Source: Bryobacterales bacterium (GTDB lineage: Bacteria > Acidobacteriota > Terriglobia > Bryobacterales > UBA6623). Taken from it: DNA of 64,000 nt. The DNA lies in the NCBI GenBank assembly GCA_965242625.1, contig CBDEST010000005.1, positions 1,773,632 to 1,837,631 of the forward strand, given 5' to 3'. Positions 38,659 to 49,082 of this stretch are shown here, piece after piece (position 1 is the first letter of the stretch; every line of letters begins with the position of its first letter). The translations under genes were made by a program, and so were the position numbers. The notes beneath the pieces were generated by a model, which saw nothing but the letters and a program-made list of their open reading frames with translations, was not told the origin of the DNA and made no database searches.

Positions 38659-40390
38659 TGAAGCACACTGGCGCTGGCAGTACGCCAGCGCGGAGGCGCA
38701 CCACCGGGGTGCGATAATCGCGGCAATCGTCGGCCAGCCGCCCGCGGCCGCTTGCGGAAGCGCGGCCCAGCGAGGACTCCATGCCGAGCGCGGATCACGG
38801 GCGGCGCGATGCCTTGCCAGTCGGCACGGTCCTGCGGGAATTCACGATCCAAGCGGTGCTCGGGCACGGGGGCTTCGGGATCGTCTACCGGGCCGGGCAC
38901 AACGAACTGGAGCTGACGGTCGCGATCAAGGAATACCTGCCGGTGGAACTGGCCGTGCGGGAAGGCGCGACGGTGCAGCCGCGGAGCGGGACGGAGCGCA
39001 AGGACTTCGCGGAGGGGCTGCGACGGTTCCGGGACGAAGCGCAAGCGCTGATCGATTTCGACAGCCATCCGAGCATCGTGTCGTGCCGGGAGTTCTTTCG
39101 GGCGCACGGGACGGCGTATCTGGTGATGGGGTACGAGGAGGGGCAGTCGCTGGCGGAAGTGCTGGCAAGGCGCGAAGCGGAGGGACGACCGTTTGAGGCG
39201 GCGGACTTGCTGGGGGTGATGCAGCCTGTGCTGGAGGGGTTGGAGCGCGTCCACGCGGCGGGGGTGCTGCATCGAGATATCAAGCCTTCGAACATCCTGA
39301 TCCGGCGGCGGGACGGGCGGCCGGTGCTGATCGACTTCGGAGCGGCGAAGCAGGCAGCGGCGAGGTTCAGCAAGTCGCAGGCACCGTACACGGAGGGGTA
39401 CGCGGCCTTGGAACAAGTGGCGGACGCGGGGAAGCTGGGACCGTGGACGGACATGTACGGAGTGGGAGCGGTGATGTGGCGGATGGTGGCGGGCGGGAAG
39501 CGGCCGTGGGAGCCGCCGCATCCGGTGCGCGTGGAACAGCGCTCGCATGCGGCGCTGGGTGGAACGGAAGATCCGATGCCGTCGGCGAGGGAGCTGGGCA
39601 AGGGTCGGTTTCCGACGCCGATGCTGGAGGTCATTGACCGGTGCTTGCGGCTGCGGGAAGGGGAACGGATGCAAGGCTCGCGCGAGCTGCTGGAGGCTCT
39701 TGGTGAGGTGAGCGAGCCGCGTCCGGTGGGATTTCCGGGGGCCGCTCGGCCGCTGGCCGAGCGAACTGGCGCGAAGCGACAGGAACGGGGGCCGCGTGCA
39801 ACGCCAGTACGCGCAGAGCCGCGCACAGGGTGGCGACGGGGTGGGTGGATCGCGCTGGCGAGCTTGGTGGTCGGGTTGGGGCTGGTGGTTGCCACATGGT
39901 GGAGTTCCGGCTCCGAGGAAACGGTTCGCGATCAAGTGCCCGCCGGCGCCTCGGATGGCGTAGGAGACGAGATCGCGGTATTGGAGCGAGAGGAATCGGT
40001 GGATTCGGTTCCGAGCCCCGACCAACCGACCGAGGATCGGGAGTCCCCGCTGGAAGCCGGCGGGAGCGCTCAGGACCCAGATCCGATCTCGGTTGGATCT
40101 GGCCGCAATGAAGAGGATGCCGAAGCCGAGAGCGGGCGGGATAGCGACGACAGCCTCAAGGTGGGGCCGGAGGGGTCGCAAGACAGTTTGGCGCAGCCCT
40201 GGATTCGGGATTGGGACGCATTGGGGGACATCCGCGATCCGGGATTCGCCACGACAGCGCAGGCGTACATCGAAAAGTACAAGGAGGTGCCTGAGGCGAG
40301 CGTGTGGGTAGCCAAGGCGGAAGGGCTGCTGGCCGAGCTGGCGGAGTTGGAAGCGGCGAGTCCAACGCGGCGCGAGGCAGGCGAGTCGTG

Positions 40391-42174
40391 AGTTCATTCC
40401 AATCCGAAAATGAGCCTGAACGAGGGCCGAGGGAAGGGATGCGGGAACGGAGTGATTATAGACCCACGGGAGGGTCTGCTGCAAGCCCAGTGCCACCGCC
40501 TTATGCTAGGAAGGCAGCCGAAGCGGACGCGCGGCTCTGCCGAGGGGCAACCGCGCTAGGAATAGGTTGCGCTGGTGACCGATGGTCCCCCGGGGCGGTT
40601 CCGGTTGGAGCCGCCCCGGTCATGGTCGTCGGCACGGGGCCCTTCCATCGGGGCCAGCTCATGCCTAAGGAAAACCTCGGGGGGTTCGGGGGGCAGAGCC
40701 ACCCGTCAGATAACAAGGCTGCGCCCGCAGGGCGCAGACCGATGACCCCGCTGGAGCGCACCGCGGCACGGCCCGTGCGGAAAGACTCGATTCCAACGTG
40801 AGATGAGCCTGAACGAGGCCGCGCTCAGGCCGCCTCCCGCAGTTCCGCGAAGAGCGCCTCGCGCGCCTCTTGCAGAGCGCGCGCCGCTGCGTGGTCCGTC
40901 TGCGCGTGCGCCTCCCGGTCCAACTCCGCGAAGCTCACCTCCGGCCGCAAGTAGCGCGCCGCCTCCGGCAGCGCCTTGAGCCGCTCGTACGGCGTGCGGA
41001 TGTCGGCTGGCCGGTAGACCTTGCGCTGCTTCCCCTTGGCATCCGTCTCCACGCGCGGGTACAGGCACGGCCGGTGGTAGTTCAGGTACGGGTCCAGCAC
41101 CTCGCGGTGGAACCGGTCCAGGCGCTCCGCGTGGCGTCCCGGGATGTGCCCGTACCCGAATTGCTTGCGGATCACGCTGCCGTTCTTGCTCTCCGCCAGG
41201 GCGTTGTCGTTGCTGCGCCGCGGGCGCGACTTGGTGAACTCCTCCACGCGCAGCTTCTCCAGCAGCGCGGCCACTTGGTAGTTCACGTACTCGGACCCGT
41301 TGTCGGAGTGAAACCCATGCACGACAAAGGGGAACGACTCCAGCAGCCGCTCCAGCACCGGCACCAGGTAGCGCTCGGAAATGCGCTCCACGCACCCCGT
41401 GAACTGGTACTGGGTGACCGTGTCGACCGCGTTGATGTGATACACCCCCTTGACCTTGTCGAGGTCGCCCTGATGCACCGAGTCCACCCGCACCCAGCCC
41501 GGGCGGCCCTCCGGGCGCGGCTTGCGCCGCTCGCCGATCGGCACCGTCGCGGGGCGCGTGCCGTCCAGGTTGCCGAGCACGCGCACGTAGGCCGTGGAGT
41601 GCCGCAAATTGTACAGGTGGCCGTGGGAGATCCCCGCCAGCCGCTCGTAGCGCTCGTCGCCGAAGACCTCGAAAGCCCGGCGCAGCAAGGCCATCGTGGC
41701 CGGGCCGGACAGCGTGCCGTGCAGCGCGTCCGTCTCGGCCAGCAGCAGGATGTCGTCCCGCGTGTAACGCCGCGGGAACGGCCGCGCCGCCCCCGTGCGC
41801 CCGTCCGCCACGCCCCCGTTCTCGATGTACGCCGCGATCAGCCGCGCCACCTGCGCCCGCGACAGCCCCGTCGTCCGCTGCAAGTACGTCCGCAGCAAGC
41901 CCCGCTCCGCGCGCTTGTTCAGCTTCCAGTACGAGAACCGCCGCATCGTGCGCTCCACGTGCGCGTACGCCTCCGTACGCGACGGAGCCAGCGCCGCCTC
42001 CGGCGGCGTCGCCTCCAGGAACTGACGCACGTCCGCCAAGGTCCGGTGCGTCGCCAGATCGATTTGCAAGATCACCCTCCGATGATCCGCGCATCCCCAC
42101 CGGAGCCTCGTTCAGGCTCATCTCTCGTTGGAATCAACCCCCTCGTTCAGGCTCATCTCTCGTTGGAGAAGACT
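40391..42174 (-). mobile_element. IS element with an rve-type DDE transposase (ISNCY/IS1202-group-like, tentative), 1784 bp
   Basis: A 5-bp direct repeat TCGTG flanks it (40386-40390 and 42175-42179). The imperfect ~34-bp TIRs AGTTCATTCCAATCCGAAAATGAGCCTGAACGAGG and the reverse complement of CCTCGTTCAGGCTCATCTCTCGTTGGAGAAGACT share the core ATGAGCCTGAACGAGG. A second, inner copy of the end sequence sits at each side (40783-40817 and 42107-42135). Confidence 0.8.
40825..42075 (-). CDS. DDE integrase/transposase (rve core)
   Basis: 416-aa ORF with an N-terminal HTH-like region. The catalytic-core signatures read ...VDSVHQGD...HINAVD..., FHSDNGSEYVN and RPRRSNDNALAESKNGSVIRK. Confidence 0.85.
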   Translation of the reverse strand: MILQIDLATHRTLADVRQFLEATPPEAALAPSRTEAYAHVERTMRRFSYWKLNKRAERGLLRTYLQRTTGLSRAQVARLIAAYIENGGVADGRTGAARPFPRRYTRDDILLLAETDALHGTLSGPATMALLRRAFEVFGDERYERLAGISHGHLYNLRHSTAYVRVLGNLDGTRPATVPIGERRKPRPEGRPGWVRVDSVHQGDLDKVKGVYHINAVDTVTQYQFTGCVERISERYLVPVLERLLESFPFVVHGFHSDNGSEYVNYQVAALLEKLRVEEFTKSRPRRSNDNALAESKNGSVIRKQFGYGHIPGRHAERLDRFHREVLDPYLNYHRPCLYPRVETDAKGKQRKVYRPADIRTPYERLKALPEAARYLRPEVSFAELDREAHAQTDHAAARALQEAREALFAELREAA

Positions 42175-42904
42175 TCGTGGATGAATTCGTTGGGCATGGA
42201 GTTTGTCTGGATTCCTGCGGGGAAATTCCTGATGGGCTCACCGGCGAACGAAGAGGGTCGTTATCCCGACGAGAGTCAGCACGAGGTGCGGATCAGCGAG
42301 GGGTATTGGATGAAGAAGCACGAGGTGACGCAGGGCGAGTGGGTGGCGGTGACGGGTGCGAACCCGTCGCGTTTCTCCAAATGCGGTCCGCTGTGCCCAG
42401 TGGAGGGAGTGTCCTGGGTCGATACGCAGGAGTTCATACGGAGGTTGAACTCGCGGGAATCCGGGAGGGGGTACGTGTACCGATTGCCGACAGAGGCGGA
42501 GTGGGAGTACGGGGCGCGGGCGGGGACGCCCGGGGCGCACTACGGAAAGTTGGACGGTATCGCGTGGTATCGGGCAAACAGGGGCAGGAGGACCCATCGG
42601 GTAGGGCAGAAGCGGCCTAACGCGTGGGGCTTGTATGACATGCTGGGAAACGTGTGGGAGTGGACGGGGGACTGGTACGGCGAGTATCCGTCTGGTTCGG
42701 CGACGGATCCCGGGGGGCCCGAGTCGGGCTCGTACCGGGTGAATCGGGGTGGCGGCTGGAGCGACGACGCGGGGAACGTTCGGTCGGCTATTCGCTTCAG
42801 CGCCCAGCCCGATGCCCTCGGCAGCAGCCTCGGCTTCCGCTTGGTCAGGACAGAGTGATACTTGGTGCTACTGCCCTTTCACCCCTGGGTGCGTAAGGTG
42901 CGAA

Positions 42905-43379
42905 GAGTGCGTGCGTCGGCTCGCGAAGGCCGGAGCGAAAGCGAACGAGCCGTGCGGCAAAACGCACGCCTGGGCTTGGAGTTGTTCTTTGAGCGCGGTC
43001 TGGGGTAATCGGGCGGCGGCCGGCGGCTCCGAGGACGGCAGTTCGAATCTTCTCTCCCCTTCGGGACGCAATGGGCGGTTGGAGCAAAGCTGAAATGTCC
43101 GGTTGAGTCTGGGCCTGCGGCGTCGGCCATTCTGTCGCGGTCGAACCCTCCATCGAGGGGCTCCCTTGCTGAGGAAAATCGGAAGCATTGGGTGCTGTCC
43201 GGTAAGCCCGTGCGCTTCCCGGGGGAGAGGCTGGGGAGGGACTACGGCTTCGCATACCTGAGTGTCTGGAAGGGTAGCTTCGCGTTACCGACGGTCGGAT
43301 CTTGAACGAGAGCCGAATGCGGGAAATCCGTACGCTCGGTTCGAAGAGTGGAGAGCGGAAACGTAGTCAAGGTAGAGAC
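42905..43379 (+). repeat. group II intron relic R5
   Basis: Standard spacer unit. Domain V at 43310-43342 (GAGCCGAATGCGGGAAATCCGTACGCTCGGTTC). Confidence 0.65.
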
Positions 43380-43607
43380 CAATGAGCCGGCACAGAGGAG
43401 AAAGCCGTTGGTGAACGGCTACTCCCTCAATCGTCGACAAGCACGCCTCTCGTTGGCTCCGCCTCAGAAACCCGATGATCTGTGGGATCCGTCTCCCGCG
43501 CTGGCAGTACGCCGGCGCGGAGGCGGGCCACTGGGGTGCGATAATCACGGCAATCGTCGGCCAGCCGCCCGCGGCCGCTTGCGGAAGCGCGGCCCAGCGA
43601 TGACTCC

Positions 43608-44684
43608 ATGCCGAGCGCGGATCACGGGCGGCGCGACGCCTTGCCAGTCGGCACGGTCCTGCGCGAATTCACGATCCAAGCGGTGCTCGGACACGGGGGC
43701 TTCGGGATCGTCTACCGGGCCGGGCACAACGAACTGGACCTGACGGTCGCGATCAAGGAATACCTGCCGGTGGAATTGGCCGTGCGGGAAGGCGCGACCG
43801 TGCAGCCGCGGAGCGGGACGGAGCGCAAGGACTTCGAGGAGGGGCTACGACGGTTTCGAGACGAAGCGCAAGCGCTGATCGATTTCGACAGCCATCCGAG
43901 CATCGTGTCGTGCCGGGAGTTCTTTCGGGCGCACGGGACGGCGTATCTGGTGATGGGGTACGAGGAGGGGCAGTCGCTGGCGGAAGTGCTGGCAAGGCGC
44001 GAAGCGGAGGGACGACCGTTTGAGGCGGCGGACTTGCTGGGGGTGATGCAGCCTGTGCTGGAGGGGTTGGAGCGCGTCCATGCAGCGGGGGTGCTGCATC
44101 GGGACATCAAGCCGACGAACATCCTGATCCGGCGGCGGGACGGGCGGCCGGTGCTGATCGATTTCGGAGCGGCGAAGCAGGCCACGGCGAGGTTCAGCAA
44201 GTCGCAGGCGCCGTACACGGAAGGGTACGCGGCTTTGGAACAAGTGGCGGATGCGGGGAAGCTGGGACCGTGGACGGACATGTACGGAGTGGGAGCGGTG
44301 ATGTGGCGGATGGTGGCGGGCGGGAAGCGGCCGTGGGAGCCGCCGCATCCGGTGCGCGTGGAACAGCGTTCACACGCGGCACTGGGGGGAACGGAAGACC
44401 CGATGCCGTCGGCGAGGGAGCTGGGCGCGGGTCGCTTTCCGTCGCAGATGCTGGAGGTCATCGACCGGTGCTTGCGGCTGCGGGAGACGGAACGGATGCA
44501 AGGGTCGCGCGACCTGCTGAAGGCGTTGCGCACGGTAACTGATCGGTCTCGCCTTGGGTCCCGTATCGTAGGCCACAATGACAGAATCAGCGCGATCCGC
44601 TCCAACCCACCAACAGTGACTCTGAGCGCGACGAGCAGCCAACGTCGACGTTACGCGCAAGCTCATCAGCCTCACCGATGCTAG
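43608..44684 (+). pseudogene. Ser/Thr kinase, array copy 6, 3'-truncated (kinase domain only)
   Basis: Homology to the other copies ends near 44525 (...MQGSRDLLKALR). The remaining 50 codons are unrelated sequence leading into the low-GC island. There is no TM helix, FGE domain or variable block. Confidence 0.75.
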
Positions 44685-44849
44685 CCTTCGCAGAAACAGC
44701 CTCTGACAGCCATCCCGCCCTTACGCCGGTGCCGGCATAATCCCTCCGTACTTCCGCGTTCGTGAAAGTTACTCAAGACTGCTAGCAAGAATGCTGATTC
44801 TTCGATGAAAGAAACTTTGATCTTAAATCGCCAACGAAACAGAACCACC

Positions 44850-47321
44850 TTACGACGCCGCTGCCTTAGGCACAGCGATGCTCAAATACTCTCGTTTCAA
44901 GTCATCACGCAACTGAACAAGGTCCTTCTCGCGGGGAAACTTTCGAGTGCCCTCCTCTAATGTTGATACGAGTGTTCGCAAATAGCGTCCCTTATCCTGT
45001 CCACTCATTCCTCTTCTGGACCATGCCAGACCTTGGCTTCCTAGAACGTGGTAAGGGTAACTGCTAAAACGATCAGGCTTACCGATCAGATCTTCCAGTA
45101 TACTTGTGGCTTCTTTCACCAACTTTGGTGCATCCTTGCTCTGAGGGTGCTGGATAGCCCTTCGTAACAGCAAATACGCCCATTCATTCTGAACCATTGG
45201 GTCACCGTCTGCAATCGCTTTAGCTTGGCCTAGGAACTGCTCTGCTGAATCCAAATCCCCCTCTTCGACCTCGACACTACCCCTCTGCAACCAGTAGTGA
45301 TAATCCCAACTCAGTAAAGACTCTAAAGACGAATACAGATTCCTAGCGACATCTAGGCCAACTACACGTAAGAGATAGTCGTGACTCAACAAGACCTGAA
45401 GCATCTTCTTAGGACGGTCAGACCGTGACATGTCTTGTCTAACCTTCGTCGCAGCTAGGTGTGCAAGTCCCTCGATAACTCCCTTGAGTTGACCCGCGTC
45501 TTGCAACTGATCGTGAATTATCTCGGCGATCATTCTGTGACGGGCCCAAATCACTCCGTTTGCACCGAGTTTCAATACCTTCCGATTCACTAGTTGATCA
45601 GTTGCGTTCAGGATTTCATTCGACACGCTGCCAGATGCGATGAGTAATTCGTCTCTCTTGATGCCAAATCGGAACGAATGTGCCACTGCAACGAATGCGT
45701 AGATCATTGCAGAAATGGTACCCAACTCACCCAGTTCATCGATGACTTTCTCGTCGAATCGACGGCCAGAAGTTGCTTGTATCATCGCAACAAGAAGCTG
45801 TCTTCCAGCTTGTTCTTGAAAATTCTTGCGCTGCTGGGCACGTGGCAAACCCTTCATAGATCCAAGCCGATTGTACTTGTCCAAGAGATCAATTAACCCA
45901 TCGATATCGTTATTAGTTAAGTGAGGCATGGGAATCTCATCGATTGCGATGTTGTGGAGCATGGACCTGTTCACGACCTTATCGACCTTACTTGAGCGAA
46001 CTGCGATAATGATTACCCTCGATTTGTCATTGCCGATCAATTCAGAAACCAGATGAGATAGTGTTGCTCCATACATGTCAGCATCATCAATCGCAAGTAC
46101 TTGAGGGCTGTATTCGCGATTCATTTCTCGATGGATATTTCGCTGCGAAATCATGTGGTCTCTGTCGACCCAAGCAACAGCAGACCCCTGTCCTTGAAGA
46201 CGAAGGCATACCCTCATGAGGGAAGTGCTCTTGCCAGATCCTGCAGTCCCAGTCACGACAATTAATCGTCCCCTTGAAGCTTCGATGCTACGTTGGATAT
46301 TTGTCCAAACCTCCTGATCGATACTTCGTTGTACAGCTCGTCCTGATTGTAAATCAGCCCAGATGGGTTCTTGACCCAGTAAGAACTCGCTCGCTTCGAG
46401 TGGGTTTGTGGCTAGATCTGCTACCAATGGAAGCCGCTTGGAGTGTTCGGCGGTCGACTGAGCAAGGACGCTCAGACCAATGTGAGCTTCCTTCTGTACT
46501 TGTTTGAGTACACGGCCCACAAACTGTTCCGCTGTCATTGGAATCCATTCGATGTTCAGATCCGCTAGCAATGCTTTTCTTGCCATGACCAATTTTGGTG
46601 TGACCAGATAAGATCTAGGGCGTAGTTCACGCAATTCTCTACCTCCGTGAACACGACGATACTCAATGTGTTGCCATAGTGGTGGTTCGTCTAGGCGGGT
46701 GCCAATAATTATTACCGGACGACTCACTAAGTCCGCAGCAAAATCCTGATAATACGGGTCAGGATGAGCAAATCGGTCCGCGTATTGTGTAAGGGAGAAT
46801 GTCACATCGTGGGGCAAATCCTCCAATGTTCCGTTGAGATGAATTACCTTCAGTAGAGATTCGCTGAGTTTTTTTGTAGAAGACATTGGGTGCTTTGCGG
46901 AAACTGCGGCAAGCGGCCGAGGTAAATCAAAGGCTGAATTTGCGGCATCGGCCATGTTGTCTATATTTAGAGTATAGCACCGATACCAAGGCAATGAAAA
47001 CACCTGTCGATACCAATCTGGTAATGTACTTGAACTTATCGTGAGCATGTCTCGTAGAAGAGATTCTGCCTGACGTGGATGTCGTCTCAGCGCATGGTCA
47101 TACAGATCTTGCAATGGAGAACCGTCGAATTCGTCATTTGGGAAGCAAAGCCTCCAAAGTGCATGCTGAAGATCTTCGTAGGATGGCAGTCTGTGGTTCG
47201 TGGCAGTCGCTGCTTCCAATGAAAAGCCGGCTCCGGTGAAGAGCACGGGCAGTCCGCTTTGAAACTGAGTTTTGAGGTGTGGAATGAAAGTGTTATCCAG
47301 CTTTTCGTCAATGATACTCAT
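44850..47321 (-). CDS. SIR2-like (SIR2_2) - P-loop STAND NTPase - TPR-like repeat protein (Avs/SIR2-STAND-like defence candidate)
   Basis: 823-aa ORF in a low-GC island. N-terminal SIR2_2 hallmarks: PVLFTGAGFS, YTLNIDN, IHLNGT, VIIIGTRLDEPPLW. Walker A is IVVTGTAGSGKSTSL and Walker B is VLAIDDADMY. The C-terminal ~300 aa are helical and repeat-like. Confidence 0.8.
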   Translation of the reverse strand: MSIIDEKLDNTFIPHLKTQFQSGLPVLFTGAGFSLEAATATNHRLPSYEDLQHALWRLCFPNDEFDGSPLQDLYDHALRRHPRQAESLLRDMLTISSSTLPDWYRQVFSLPWYRCYTLNIDNMADAANSAFDLPRPLAAVSAKHPMSSTKKLSESLLKVIHLNGTLEDLPHDVTFSLTQYADRFAHPDPYYQDFAADLVSRPVIIIGTRLDEPPLWQHIEYRRVHGGRELRELRPRSYLVTPKLVMARKALLADLNIEWIPMTAEQFVGRVLKQVQKEAHIGLSVLAQSTAEHSKRLPLVADLATNPLEASEFLLGQEPIWADLQSGRAVQRSIDQEVWTNIQRSIEASRGRLIVVTGTAGSGKSTSLMRVCLRLQGQGSAVAWVDRDHMISQRNIHREMNREYSPQVLAIDDADMYGATLSHLVSELIGNDKSRVIIIAVRSSKVDKVVNRSMLHNIAIDEIPMPHLTNNDIDGLIDLLDKYNRLGSMKGLPRAQQRKNFQEQAGRQLLVAMIQATSGRRFDEKVIDELGELGTISAMIYAFVAVAHSFRFGIKRDELLIASGSVSNEILNATDQLVNRKVLKLGANGVIWARHRMIAEIIHDQLQDAGQLKGVIEGLAHLAATKVRQDMSRSDRPKKMLQVLLSHDYLLRVVGLDVARNLYSSLESLLSWDYHYWLQRGSVEVEEGDLDSAEQFLGQAKAIADGDPMVQNEWAYLLLRRAIQHPQSKDAPKLVKEATSILEDLIGKPDRFSSYPYHVLGSQGLAWSRRGMSGQDKGRYLRTLVSTLEEGTRKFPREKDLVQLRDDLKREYLSIAVPKAAAS

Positions 47322-47333
47322 TGTCTGCTCCAG

Positions 47334-47621
47334 TCAGCTGCCTGCGGGTCGCTCCAGTATGTACGAGTTGTGGCATCTCCACCGGGGTGTCCCACTGTAC
47401 CTTGCCTGAATCGGGAGACTGCTGTCAACGAGACCACTTGCTCGAAGCCGGTACTGCGCTCGGGCGTCTGCATTCATATCCAGTTGCTGGCTCAGGTGAA
47501 TTGCCGTCGAGTGCCGGATTCTAGGAACAACGTCATCGCGGTCGCCACAGGGGGTTCTGCTGGATCCACGATCAAGTTCTTGACGCCCTCCGACGAACCC
47601 CGTGCTCTCGTCCTCAATCAC
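47334..47621 (-). CDS. possible small ORF upstream of the SIR2-STAND gene
   Basis: 95-aa ORF ending 13 nt before the SIR2 gene start, in the same orientation. No motif recognised. Confidence 0.2.
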   Translation of the reverse strand: MIEDESTGFVGGRQELDRGSSRTPCGDRDDVVPRIRHSTAIHLSQQLDMNADARAQYRLRASGLVDSSLPIQARYSGTPRWRCHNSYILERPAGS

Positions 47622-47841
47622 GACCCCTGGGCACGGTGCAGGCCGAGCCCTCGAACCTACCCTGCACGATCATCTGCCTGCCATCGCTGACCGAGTTGAA
47701 TCGTTGCGACGGCAAGTTGATGAACCCAAGGCACCTGCCGGTCATTATACACGCACTGTCACGGGATCCGCAATGCCAGACTAGTTCAACGAGATATGAG
47801 CATCCGTCTTGGAGGTCACGGGCGGTTTTCATGTATGCCAA
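47614..47841 (-). CDS. possible small ORF upstream of 47334-47621
   Basis: 75-aa ORF overlapping the next ORF by 8 nt, in the same orientation. No motif recognised. Confidence 0.2.
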   Translation of the reverse strand: MAYMKTARDLQDGCSYLVELVWHCGSRDSACIMTGRCLGFINLPSQRFNSVSDGRQMIVQGRFEGSACTVPRGRD

Positions 47842-47845
47842 TCAA

Positions 47846-48960
47846 GTCCGTGCGTTCATGTGGGTGCCTTTGCAACTAGCCGGGTACCTAACCGGCGGGA
47901 CTTGCGGCGTCGGTGGCGAAGGGGTCGCATAGCGGGACGCTGCAAGTGGCCTCGCTTGCTCCGCTGCCGGGCAATGTCTACCAGACGACATGACGCCTAC
48001 GGTCGATCGCGACGGTCGCTTCGCGAAAAGACCAAGTGAAACAAGGCCTTTGGGGTGAGCTGGACGCTCGCCGGAGAGTCGTAGCCGGCCAGCGCCCGTG
48101 ATAATGATTTCGGCCCCACAGCGGCCGGATGCGGACCCAGCGAGGAGCGCAGTGGCGGACTACCGTGCCGGTTGCGCGAGTCTTTGTCGAAGGGACTCTT
48201 TCGCGGTGGACAGCTAGCTGGGATCACGATTTGCATCGGTAAGGCGTAGCGTTCGGCGAGGGCGCACTGGCGCACGATCCCGATCTCGGGGCTCCCGACC
48301 CGCGCAAGCAGTCCGATCTGCCCCAAAGAAGCGATCCGATCGAGGCTGATCAAGGAGTCCCACAGCTTCCGCAACCGGGATCATGAACTGGAAATCCTTA
48401 TCATTCTCAACTGGCCAGAGGTCGTGTTGTCTGGTCTACATGCACTTTGCGTGGAAGACGCTGGGCCGCGCTTGGCAGGTCGGCGCAGTAATCGTCCATT
48501 ACCCGGACGGCCCCGTGATCTGCGGGCGGGTCCCGGAGGCACCAAAGCGGTCGGCGGTCGAGCGGCTGATGGAGCGGCTGCCGTTGCCGCCGGACGCGAC
48601 GAAGACTCGTTCCATGCGCGCGGGGGAGGAGCCGTTGGAGTTCCTCCCACAACGGGCCACGCAACTACATCCCAGTACGGGCAAAGCGTACGTAGGCACG
48701 CGCCCGCGCCTCAAGATCGATCCGTGATCGGAAGCGCGGGACGGACTGCTGCCTGCGACGGAGGTAGTGGAAGGCCCCAACCGAGCCATGCTCGGCTGGG
48801 CGAACTAGTTCTGCCTAGGATGGGCGAGCCCGTCCCACGCGGCCGTCGACGCGCTCGGGCTCAAGCGGCTGCGCCAGTGGCTGGGGAGGTGGCCCGAGGC
48901 GGAGTCCGGGAAATCCGCACGCCCGGTTCGACGAGCGGAGAGGGGAAACGTAGTCAAGGT
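47846..48960 (+). pseudogene. long group II intron relic (RT domains 4-7, X, degenerate domain V/VI) carrying a MITE insertion
   Basis: 47846-47981 aligns with 17172-17300. After the MITE, 48434-48730 reads IVHYPDGPVICGR ... PPDATKTRSMRAGEEPLEFL, with YADD decayed to YPDG. LGWAN*F shows a stop inside the maturase motif. A degenerate domain V lies at ~48897-48929, followed by a domain VI-like segment and then the standard leader of array copy 7. Confidence 0.65.
47982..48433 (+). mobile_element. MITE-like element, copy C (452 bp), inserted into the RT relic
   Basis: TIRs CAGACGACATGAC (47982-47994) and GTCGTGTTGTCTG (48421-48433). A 6-bp direct repeat GTCTAC flanks it (47976-47981 and 48434-48439). 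The uninterrupted homolog of the target is at ~17300. Confidence 0.75.
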
Positions 48961-49082
48961 AGAGACCGAGGCACCTGCACAGGGGCGAGAGCTGTCGGCG
49001 CGCTGCTACTCTCTCCATCCACGACAAGTGCGCCTCTCGTTGGCTCTACCTCAGAAACCCGATGATCCGCGGGATCCGTCCC

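Larger units (their letters stand above)
38781..42858 (+). pseudogene. Ser/Thr kinase - FGE-sulfatase gene, array copy 5, interrupted by an IS
   Basis: The 5' part (38781-40390) ends ...REAGES. The 3' part resumes at 42175 with WMNSLGMEFVWIPAG... and runs to the stop at 42858. Removing 40391-42174 plus one TCGTG restores the frame seen in the other copies (GAGTCGTGGATGAATTCG). Variable block at 42733-42831. Confidence 0.85.

Noticed and set aside
40870-42858. 662-aa plus-strand ORF that looks like a large FGE-domain protein.
   Set aside because: Its first ~435 codons are antisense to the rve transposase and inside the IS, giving Arg/Pro/Leu-rich nonsense. Only the last ~228 codons (from 42175) are real, and they are the displaced 3' part of kinase copy 5.
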